Shown one piece after another: positions 35,903 through 45,517 of a stretch of 57,233 nucleotides of DNA. The DNA is from Nemertoderma westbladi (Eukaryota > Animalia > Xenacoelomorpha), in contig JAUCBJ010007024.1 of the NCBI GenBank assembly GCA_032718475.1, positions 1 through 57,233 on the forward strand, in the 5' to 3' direction. The notes below the pieces were generated by a model. The model was not told the DNA's origin, ran no database searches, and saw only the letters and a program-made list of their open reading frames with translations. The first letter of the stretch is position 1, and each line of letters opens with the position of its first letter. A program made the position numbers and the translations under genes.

Positions 35903-38900
35903 ATGAGTGACAAACAAGACTATACGAAGAATACACAAACCGACTATGACTCATGTGACGCGGATAAGTCAGCAGCGGAAGAACAACAGGGGAAGACTCG
36001 CGAGCCTACCGAACCTACACCGTGTGCGTCACCAGTACATCCAACGGGAGTACCGGATGCCGTAGTACGAGGCGACGGCAGGACCGAGGACTTTCTAACT
36101 GTTCCGCAACCTAGATACAGGGAAACGGAGATGGTAAGTTCAGTAGGAAGCCAGGAGAGCGTAGTTAGAAGCGTCGGCGGTTACATGGCGCATATTACCA
36201 GGAGTATTGGAGAAGGCCAACGCATATTAGACGAGTTAACCGCTCCGATGTCTCGGTTCGAGTTCTACACTCTACAGGTGAGAGTACAGAGTAAAGTATA
36301 TAAGTCCGTAGATAACCTAATTGGTCTACAAGATCTAGCTAGACAGAGACAGGATATGGACACTCAGCTTAGAATCCTCGAGAAACTAATGATCACTAGA
36401 GAGAAACTGATTCAGTTTAAGTCGACGATTAGGCAGATACAACAGGAACAAGCGGACCAGTTATTAGGTGAGTCGGTTTCGGACGAATTATTGCAACCCG
36501 AGGAAGAACAGGAACTGTACAGGCTAGATGGACAATTGAAACACCTGACGGATCACTTACGCATGTGCGGTGAGGACGTCGGAGATTGGGAAACCGTGCC
36601 GGAGGCTACGAGGGAAACTTCACTCGCACAAATCGAACTGGCACCGGGAACACTAAATCAATCACTGGTGAGTATTCGCAGCGAAATTGGCGAGGTGAGT
36701 ATGGCTACGTCAGAAATTGCTCGACAACAGCAGCTCTACAGACAACAACAGGAGATGGAGGAACAAACTGAACTGCTAATGGCACAAGCAGCAGTACAAG
36801 AAGAGAAACTACGTGTTGCGAATGTTGCAAGAATCTCTCATCTGCAAGAACAAGCCGAGTTGGAAGCAGCCGAGATGGAAAGATTAGAGTTGGACATTGC
36901 ACAACAGGCAGCGGCAGCGGCAGCGGCAGCGTCCGAGTTAGAGCGAAAAAGGTTAGCTTCAGAAGCGAGAACCGAAATGAAAAAACGGCAAATAAAGGCT
37001 CAATCAGCTATACGACAAGCGGAGTTCGAGGCGCAACAACAACAGACGGAACAACGCGAGAAGGAAGTTAAACTTCATTTCGAACTCGGGAAGAAGGCGA
37101 GAGAATTAGCCAACGCGAAGGAAGATCTGGATCTACAAGCCCGCGATCGATCGATGAGATCTCGTGACGGACATGATTTGGACCAGTTAGAGGTAAGGCA
37201 CCGTCAAATTCAGGAACGAATGAAGGAAGGAAGTGTAGGGGCACCTGGGCGAGAAAGACAACTAGTAAAGGACTTATGTCAAAGATTCCCTCGAGTAACT
37301 CCTATGTTTGCACCAGTTACGATTAAGGAACCTATTTCGATTGCTGGTAGTAGTAATATTTCTCCTATCCATGGTGCGACGGAACACAGGTTTGTTATTC
37401 CGGACAAGTTTACACCGCCAAGAGCAACGTCGTCGCCTATTCCGAAAGTCAAGGTAAGTAACCCGCCGATTACAGATCGTAGTAGTTTGTTGACCAGACC
37501 TGCACTACTGACGACTAAACAGGTGAGTTCACCTTCGACACCAAAACTCGTTACGCACTACACGTACCCAATGACGTTTAGGCCTACAAAGCCTTTGGAT
37601 TCAAACGCTGTAGTCCGACCACCGGTTCAGTTTACATCGCAATCTACGACTTCGAGGAAGACTTGTGAGCCTACCGAACAACGGAGACCAGTGGATACGC
37701 GACCGTTCAACCAGTTTACATCGCAATCTACGACTTCGAGGAAGACTTGTGAGCCTACCGAACAACGGAAACCAGTAGACGATGTTCCGAGACGGAATGT
37801 TAGGATTCGAACGGCGGAACGGACTCGAGCACGTCGACCACCGTATCCAGGTGACAGTAGTACTTCGAGCGAGTCGGATTACCCGGAACGCGAGGTATTT
37901 AGAACAGGAGCGGCCGACAAATGTAAACGTGAGCGTTCGGATAATTCATTTATCGACAATCCTCCACAGAATACGCCAACACAAAAGGCGTTACAACCAA
38001 CAGACGCGATCAGTACACAACAATTCGCCGACATTCTGCGACCAGTTGTCAATAAGTTGGCCCAGATTGAGGAACGCTTGGAGGAAGTTGAAACCGATAG
38101 TTCGAGGAACACCGAACTTGAACACAATAGCCACCCGAAGGATCCGCAAAGACCAATACCTTCGAGAAACACTTCTTATCAAGAAAAAGCGCCAAGAAGG
38201 GAGAACATCAACCAGGTTGCCAACCAAGGACGCGAAACTTTGAACGTGGCCGAGGAAATAGCGAAATTCGCAGCTAGACAAGGATTGCCGGTACAACAAC
38301 CACTGAAGTTTTCCGGTAGCTCAAAACACTGGCATACTTTCATAGACTATATCGAATCTCAGATCGCCGTGTGCGCCTTTACATCACGGGAGAAGTTTAA
38401 TTACCTGCTTCAAACGTTGTCAGGAGAACCTAAACGTTTGGCGGAGACCTTCGTTGGTGTACCGGACGCTTTCGAACTAGCGTACGATCGTTTGACCTCG
38501 ATCTACGGAGGCACAGTCAGTATGGCCAGGTCAGTAATAGAGGAACTCGGTAAGGGAGGGGCTATCACTAAACCCGTCGACTTATTAAAACTGGCCGACG
38601 AGATAAAGAACGCTATCACTACTTTAAGATCCATTGGACAACTCGACTACGGGAATACCCCTACAGTCCTATTAAAGATCATAGGACGACTCCACCATCG
38701 ACTTCGTCGGGAGTGGAGAAAGATCGAATACCAGCGGGAAGAGCGGGGTGGATTCTTAAAACTAGAGGATGTGTACCTTTTGATATCCAGGGAAGCAGTT
38801 GTAGAAACACGATCCAACTACACTGACCAGCACATCGTAGCAGAAGGGATCACCTTGCCATCCTCCAACCGACAAAAACCCCAGACAACATCCACTAAGA

Positions 38901-41900
38901 CGGCCACTTACGCCACACCGACGGAATCACGACAATTCTCGGACGGTAGTAGGGTATCTGCGCCCATTGGGACAAAACAGACGAGACAACAACTCAGTAC
39001 CGACTTCAGCGGCTGCCAATACTGCGAGCATTTAGGCAAGCGGTATATCGGTCACAAGTTGCGAGGTTGTCGACAATTTCGCGAGTTAAACTCGGAAGAA
39101 CGACGGCTGCAAATACGGCCATTGGACTCTTGTAGGCGGTGTACGCGACACGGACACATCCGTAAAGATTGCCCAAATACCGACACTTGTCCATCCTGTG
39201 GACGCAACCACGACGGTCTGCTCCACACAGACAGCCACACGCCGACAAAACGCTTCGCCAGGGAACACCCGGAAGCAGCAGCGAGATGTGATGCGGCCTA
39301 CAGAAAACGAGAATCGAAAACGACTCCAACCTTCGTGACCCATATTGAGGATTGCTTCTCAGAACAATCCGGATCGTCGGACGAAGAATCAGAAGACGAC
39401 GACGTATATTCGGATGGAGATGAACAGCCATCGATCGCGCTTCTGACTACTGACCAACTGAAGGGATTCAGTGTAATTCCGATTAAGATTACTGGCACAA
39501 AGGGAAGCAAGAGAATCTACGCGATTCTAGATTCAGCCTCATCTCACAGCTACGTGGATGAAAAGATAGCTGACGTAGTGACGGATCTTAAACAAGGTAA
39601 GCGCGTCAGTTATACCGTAAGTAGTATGCACGGACAGCGTGCAATACCAGTGACACGAGTTAAGTTGGACTTAGACTCTCTTCTTCCAAAATCGCAACAC
39701 AGCGAGAGGGAGAGGTCTTTGTTACCCTTTAAAGATCTAACCTTTGCGGCCACGAAGGACTTTAGTAACCTACTAGGTCCAGTGCCGGAACAATCTCTAG
39801 AGGACCGTAAGTATTTCAGACACCTTGGTGTACCCGAATGTCCTGTCAATTATAGATCGGTAGCCATGCTGATCGGGACAGACCAATTCAACCTACATCA
39901 GGTGTGGGAAACCAGACCATCGGCAGTTGTAGCGGGAAACGCATACGCCTGTAGAACGCCGATAGGGTGGTATACTCGAGCGCCTGTGCGCACATTAGAC
40001 ATAAGTGACGAGGAAGATGTACAAAGTACATGTAGTTTATTAACTACAAATTCAATTCATTCCTTCTCACACGACGTGGACCATACTACCTTACAGACAA
40101 AACACAACAGACGTGTAACTAGTATGATAAGTCACAAGGAGCAGCTAATTCACCAGGTGAGTTTAGAACTTGGGAAGAAGGCGAGTCAGCCAGAGATTCC
40201 ATCGACGACAGATGATAACGCCGGAAGACTTGCGAGCCTTTCTACACCAGACATATCGCCAGACGGTCAACCAGACACGTTACTAGACAGCCAACCAGAC
40301 ATTTTGCCAGACATATCACAAAATGTTCTACCAGACACTAGTGACATATTGACAAACAGTAAAGCCGCAGTTTCTCTATTGGAGCGGCCTTCTATTGACA
40401 AACAACCAGATACGTTACCAGACGTATCGCCAGACACATTACTAGACAGTCGACTAGACACTAGTAACGTACTGACAAATAGTGAAGCCGCTGTTTCCCT
40501 ATTGGAGCGGCCTTGTATTGACAAACTACCAATTTTGACACACTTGAGCAACCATAAGCACGGTGAAACCTCATGTATTACAGATGTGGGTAGTACCTAC
40601 GCTAATGTAAATACAGGTGTTACTCTGCGCTCAAGAGACATACCGAACTTGCAACCTACGGTGAGACCTGGGATTAATGTCGGCAGAAAAATAAGTTTAC
40701 CGAAACCTGCTGACCCCATAGAGTTCAAACCACCATTAACGATCGACTTACAAAGTACCGACAATCAAGGTAAGAAGACGAAGAAGGACAAATTACTTGT
40801 AGACCCGGACGGATCAACAGTCAACAAGGGAATACTTACCGGCGGACCCGTGGGCCCTTCTAGTAATTCAAAACCTTCCAAAATCTCCATTGACTTACCT
40901 GATGACGTCACAAATACTCACGTCGACCGGATTGTAAACTTAACAGACTCTTGGTCAAACGCTTGCCGAAAGTTAGCGTGGATTGTACGTTTTGTACAAT
41001 ACGTTAAAGGCAAACGCGACTTTACACGTCGACTTACATTGGCTGAGATTGACAGGTGTGAGATTAAATTAATTCGCCATTACCAACTGCGATATTTCGC
41101 GCGCGAATTCACATCTATAAATCAAGGTCAACCAATCAAGTCGTCACCAATACTGAGTTGGAGTCCGATTATTTATAATGGCTTAATTTGTCATAAATCT
41201 CGGCTTCAAAACATTGACTTTAACACAAACTTTAGGTACCCAATAATAATACCGCAACATCACGAACTACAACGTGCAATGATACTGGACGCACATTTAC
41301 ATCTGAAACACGCTGGAAGACACCACTGTCTTTCCTACTTACGTACAAGATTTGTATTAATTAGACCCAGTAAAGCGTTAAGTTCAGTGACACGTACGTG
41401 TATTATTTGTAAAAAGGTACATTCTAGAATAGGTACCCAAGAAATGAGTGAACTACCACAAGCACGACTTCAAGCATTCAGACCACCTTTTACAGAGACT
41501 GGAATTGATTGCTTTGGTCCCATACATACGAAACGTGGACGTATACTAGTAAAACGCTGGGGACTGATTTTCACATGTATGTCCAGTAGGGCAGTTCACA
41601 TTGAACGTGTGATGGATCTTTCCACCAACGCGTTTATACTAGCACTGCGGCGATTTATCGCTAGACGCGGACTAGTGAAATGCTTGTACTCAGACCAAGG
41701 GACAAACTTTGTTGGTGCTCGAAATGAGATTGCTAGAGCCTTTAAGAAATTAGATCATGATCAAATCTCGAACGAACTACAACCTCACAAGATTGTTTGG
41801 AAGTTTAATCCTCCAGATAGTCCATGGAGAGGCGGAGTCTGGGAGAGATTGATTAGATCTATAAAGACGGCAATGGCAAAGGTCATTCCAGTAAACCACA

Positions 41901-42430
41901 TATTGACAGACGACCAACTGACAACACTGTTTGTTGAAATCGAGGCAATACTAAATACTAGACCAATAGTATTAGTACCCGATGACAAACAATCTCAGTT
42001 TGCTTTGACACCGGCACACCTGCTTATGCAGGCACCGTCTACATTAATACCTATTTCAATTCCAACAGAAAGCGATAGCTATGGTAGAAAAGCGTGGAAA
42101 ATCACGCAACTACTAGCTAACAAATTCTGGGAAATATGGCAAAACCATTATTTGCCCTCTATTTCTGCCAGAACAAACTGGTACAATAACACCCGCGCAT
42201 TAAAGCCGGGAGATCACGTGCTGTTAGCAGAAGTGAATCTAAAAAGACGCTTCTGGATAACAGGTGTAATTCTAGCCACACATCCATCTATGGATGGAGT
42301 GACAAGAACTGTGACAGTACGGACAATTGACGGTCGTACAGTAGACAGACCGACTCAACGTCTCGTACTTCTTGAAGAGACTCGTAACGAGTCTGGAGAC
42401 TACAAATCTCCACCTAATACTAGTAAATAA
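35903..42430 (+). CDS. E3 Gag-protease-integrase polyprotein (2175 aa), with no RT or RNase H
   Basis: Coiled-coil N-terminus, gag FSGSSKHW..F and YLLQTLSGEP, three Cys/His knuckles, protease YAILDSAS..TPIGW, a low-complexity spacer of about 310 aa, then H..LKHAG..CIIC, GIDCFGP, SDQGTNF and GVWERLIRS. No YxDD, QGP, DAS or PRLEL motifs. Confidence 0.93.
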   Translation: MSDKQDYTKNTQTDYDSCDADKSAAEEQQGKTREPTEPTPCASPVHPTGVPDAVVRGDGRTEDFLTVPQPRYRETEMVSSVGSQESVVRSVGGYMAHITRSIGEGQRILDELTAPMSRFEFYTLQVRVQSKVYKSVDNLIGLQDLARQRQDMDTQLRILEKLMITREKLIQFKSTIRQIQQEQADQLLGESVSDELLQPEEEQELYRLDGQLKHLTDHLRMCGEDVGDWETVPEATRETSLAQIELAPGTLNQSLVSIRSEIGEVSMATSEIARQQQLYRQQQEMEEQTELLMAQAAVQEEKLRVANVARISHLQEQAELEAAEMERLELDIAQQAAAAAAAASELERKRLASEARTEMKKRQIKAQSAIRQAEFEAQQQQTEQREKEVKLHFELGKKARELANAKEDLDLQARDRSMRSRDGHDLDQLEVRHRQIQERMKEGSVGAPGRERQLVKDLCQRFPRVTPMFAPVTIKEPISIAGSSNISPIHGATEHRFVIPDKFTPPRATSSPIPKVKVSNPPITDRSSLLTRPALLTTKQVSSPSTPKLVTHYTYPMTFRPTKPLDSNAVVRPPVQFTSQSTTSRKTCEPTEQRRPVDTRPFNQFTSQSTTSRKTCEPTEQRKPVDDVPRRNVRIRTAERTRARRPPYPGDSSTSSESDYPEREVFRTGAADKCKRERSDNSFIDNPPQNTPTQKALQPTDAISTQQFADILRPVVNKLAQIEERLEEVETDSSRNTELEHNSHPKDPQRPIPSRNTSYQEKAPRRENINQVANQGRETLNVAEEIAKFAARQGLPVQQPLKFSGSSKHWHTFIDYIESQIAVCAFTSREKFNYLLQTLSGEPKRLAETFVGVPDAFELAYDRLTSIYGGTVSMARSVIEELGKGGAITKPVDLLKLADEIKNAITTLRSIGQLDYGNTPTVLLKIIGRLHHRLRREWRKIEYQREERGGFLKLEDVYLLISREAVVETRSNYTDQHIVAEGITLPSSNRQKPQTTSTKTATYATPTESRQFSDGSRVSAPIGTKQTRQQLSTDFSGCQYCEHLGKRYIGHKLRGCRQFRELNSEERRLQIRPLDSCRRCTRHGHIRKDCPNTDTCPSCGRNHDGLLHTDSHTPTKRFAREHPEAAARCDAAYRKRESKTTPTFVTHIEDCFSEQSGSSDEESEDDDVYSDGDEQPSIALLTTDQLKGFSVIPIKITGTKGSKRIYAILDSASSHSYVDEKIADVVTDLKQGKRVSYTVSSMHGQRAIPVTRVKLDLDSLLPKSQHSERERSLLPFKDLTFAATKDFSNLLGPVPEQSLEDRKYFRHLGVPECPVNYRSVAMLIGTDQFNLHQVWETRPSAVVAGNAYACRTPIGWYTRAPVRTLDISDEEDVQSTCSLLTTNSIHSFSHDVDHTTLQTKHNRRVTSMISHKEQLIHQVSLELGKKASQPEIPSTTDDNAGRLASLSTPDISPDGQPDTLLDSQPDILPDISQNVLPDTSDILTNSKAAVSLLERPSIDKQPDTLPDVSPDTLLDSRLDTSNVLTNSEAAVSLLERPCIDKLPILTHLSNHKHGETSCITDVGSTYANVNTGVTLRSRDIPNLQPTVRPGINVGRKISLPKPADPIEFKPPLTIDLQSTDNQGKKTKKDKLLVDPDGSTVNKGILTGGPVGPSSNSKPSKISIDLPDDVTNTHVDRIVNLTDSWSNACRKLAWIVRFVQYVKGKRDFTRRLTLAEIDRCEIKLIRHYQLRYFAREFTSINQGQPIKSSPILSWSPIIYNGLICHKSRLQNIDFNTNFRYPIIIPQHHELQRAMILDAHLHLKHAGRHHCLSYLRTRFVLIRPSKALSSVTRTCIICKKVHSRIGTQEMSELPQARLQAFRPPFTETGIDCFGPIHTKRGRILVKRWGLIFTCMSSRAVHIERVMDLSTNAFILALRRFIARRGLVKCLYSDQGTNFVGARNEIARAFKKLDHDQISNELQPHKIVWKFNPPDSPWRGGVWERLIRSIKTAMAKVIPVNHILTDDQLTTLFVEIEAILNTRPIVLVPDDKQSQFALTPAHLLMQAPSTLIPISIPTESDSYGRKAWKITQLLANKFWEIWQNHYLPSISARTNWYNNTRALKPGDHVLLAEVNLKRRFWITGVILATHPSMDGVTRTVTVRTIDGRTVDRPTQRLVLLEETRNESGDYKSPPNTSK

Positions 42431-43092
42431 TTAGGAGTTTACAAATAGATTTCCACGTACCTGTACACTGTAGTAAGGACAGCGGTAGAATTCCATTGTC
42501 TTTATATGTGAACATTGAGGGTAGTACCCTTATGTGTCACATAGGAGCGGGATTTGTAGGTATAAGAAATGGAATTCTACTTGGAACTCACAATATTGAG
42601 ACATTTTCGAAATTTTAGACAATCCATTTGGATTTGAAAAATTTTTAAAATTTTCTCCAGTGAATAGATTTCAGGGTACAGTCGGGTGGAACTTAAAATT
42701 AGAGAAACAAGAGAGGAAGACTTGCGAGCCTTTCTTAAAATTTTAATTAAATTTTACACGGTCTTGTTTCAATAAGTTACGTCAAATAATAGACTCCCCT
42801 ATATTTATTACTAATTCTTGACTGCTTATTTTCTGATAATAGTTTGGGATCAAAAAGTGAGTATTTTAGACTCACAGCCAGTTTAGCCCAAATTCGTTTT
42901 TTATTTCGGCAAAAAATTTTAGATAAGAAGCAGCGTGTCATTAAAGAAACCTTAGATCTTAGGCTATGGGTAGGAGGTTAGAGCGTTGTCGAGCCAAAAG
43001 GGCAGACGAAACTCTCACGTCTCCTCACAACTAACTACAAACTCTGTTGTATTCCCTCTAGTAGCAATGATTATGTAACTACACCTCTAATT

Positions 43093-44830
43093 ATGGAGAA
43101 AGGGATACAAGGAGAGCCGAGATGGGGATATGATATCCAAGAGGAGGCAGCAGCGCCATTCGAAAGATTTGGAGCCAAGGACTACACTATATTCGGTATA
43201 AAGGAATTATCGGAAAGTACAGCGAAACTCGCAAAGACTAAATATGACAACCCTTCTACAACTCCGACGCTCAGTGTAATGCCTTTACTCGAGCAGGATT
43301 TAGTATATTTCGAGACGTGTATCTTCGCTGTGCGGGATCTCTTATCGAAAGACCATCTATGTTTACATTGTTACCCTATGAAGGAGAACGTATCGTGGAG
43401 ATTACGGATGAATCACGGCAGACGCGCGCGCCTATCGGTCACCTTGGTGATGATTTCGAAGTAACTACTACGATCGCCGACGATCCTTTAGAGGAACTTC
43501 TTGAGATAAAAAGGAACCTCCCGAAGAAATCTCAGACGGAGATTCGACAACTTGAAGCAACAGATGATATAGTTTGTATACAACCTTCAGAAACCTACCA
43601 ACCCATAGACCCAGATGATTACGATTATAGTGTGGGAGGAAGCGCTCGACCGATTGGAGATCTTATATACGAACGAGTGTGGTACCCTGCCAATACGATG
43701 TGTAGTAAATGTGGCGTCGCTGGACATCATATGACAAAGTGCAGTGGAAAGCACATTACTACGACTCAGCTAATCTGTGGATGGTGTGGGGATCAAGGGT
43801 CTCATACCTTTTATACTTGCTGGAGATTTATGGCTCAATGTACTTACTGCAATATAAAGGGCATCGAGCATCTGAATGCCAACTAAGATATATACCTTAT
43901 GAACACGAATCTGTAAAACTCGTGAGGAAATTATTTGATGAGTGGGAAGATTTAGCCGACGAACATGTATCGGCACAAAGAAGACGGTTTCCGATGAGGG
44001 CGCATCTTGGATTTTGGGCGGTAAATCCCCAGACGATGATGTCGGAAGGATATATCTCCGCTATGCCCCAATATGACGAACTTATCGAGGTAGTCGATAT
44101 TTTGCCCCACGACAGCGGATTTCGAGTAGTGCGCGAGTATCTACTACAGATTCACCCGGATAACAAAAACACGTGGAATTTTCAGAAAGTCGTTAATCGC
44201 ATTACTTATGGTGAATTCGATCGTTTCCGAACTGAAAAATGGAATAAAGGAGCTTGGTTAACCGTCGCATGGGCGTACCGAGCCGCGTTTTACCATAAAC
44301 GTATACGAGCGAGCGTATTCGAGGAAGAAGAGGTCCTAGAGGCGACAAATATACCAGCCACTCCGGTTGCGCCGTCTGCACGTCACCCTCGGGAGGACGG
44401 ACAGGGTAGGATCATACGGGTCCAGAAAGTGGGCCAACAGTTAAAGAAGTCTATTAATATAGAAGAACGCAGGGGAGTTGAGCCGACCATTCGAGTTACT
44501 CGGGATACGGTATCGCTTCCTAGAGAACCAGTAGGAGGATCGGGACATACACCAGCTGATCAACAGGGGGCGCAAGCTACTCTTGGGTCTGCGTCGTCCG
44601 CTTCTCGCGCGTTCCCAGACGTTCTACCAACTGTAGTGACAACTGATCGGTCACGAGGAATCGGTCGAGGTTTTGGGATGCTAAATAGACGAATTTGCGA
44701 GGAAATGGTCGCACCGTCTCTCAACGTCCAAACGAAACCAGTGACTCGCCCCACGAGTCCCATATCGCGAGCAAAGTCACCTGTGCGCAGTTTTCGAGGA
44801 CGCGGCAGGGCTCGATCAACTAAGCGATAA
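43093..44830 (+). CDS. E3 accessory ORF of about 580 aa if two -1 frameshifts are bridged; three CCHC zinc knuckles and an RG-rich tail
   Basis: Three overlapping ORFs in successive -1 frames. Knuckles CSKCGVAGHHMTKC, CGWCGDQGSHTFYTC and CTYCNIK/GHRASEC, the third spanning a frameshift. An upstream CTAAC..polypyrimidine..TAG acceptor lies at 43031-43061. Confidence 0.7.
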
Positions 44831-45032
44831 AAGGGAGGGCAAGGGTGGACGGAAGACTCGTGAGCCTTTCTTATGATTTTGTGATTTATTTGAATTTATA
44901 TTTATATTTGTGTTTATTCCGAACTTATGCAATTTGTATTGTTCCGAATTTATGAAATTTAGAAAGTTTATATTTAGAAGGAACTTATATTTGAAAGATG
45001 ATATTATTTAGATTTATGTTTCATATTTGAGA

Positions 45033-45099
45033 TGCAAAGGAGTTTATATTATTCTAAACTTGTGCTGCACAAGTTTAGAATAATATAAACTCCTTTGCA
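45033..45099. repeat. Perfect 67-bp palindrome (33-bp arms, 1-nt centre)
   Basis: TGCAAAGGAGTTTATATTATTCTAAACTTGTGC-T-GCACAAGTTTAGAATAATATAAACTCCTTTGCA. Confidence 0.97.
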
Positions 45100-45517
45100 G
45101 TTTATATCTATATTTAGTAAAGATTTATATTTGTAAGAATTTATATTTTATATTTGTGATTATTCCGAACTTATGCAATTTATATTGTTCCGAATACTAT
45201 GCAATTTATATCTTATAAGCAGTATTTGTATTTACAGTGAAATAGAAATAATTGTTTGAATTTATGCAATATTGAAATGCAATAGATTTATATTGGTGAA
45301 TTTAATTTAGATTTATATTGTACTTACTTAGTAAAGCCTTAAATACGTAAAGTTTGAATTTGTAATTATTTTGTATCGAATCATTATGTAGAAAGGAAGT
45401 ATTGTTTGAAATTTAATTTGTAAATATGTAAGTACGCCCTAAGTATTCTATAGTTTGATTGATTATTGGTGAAAACCGTATATTTTATGCACGATAATAT
45501 CCTGTTTTCATGGAGCG

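Noticed and set aside
43093-44830. env gene
   Set aside because: No signal peptide, transmembrane helix or fusion-protein pattern is visible. It has zinc knuckles and a basic tail instead.
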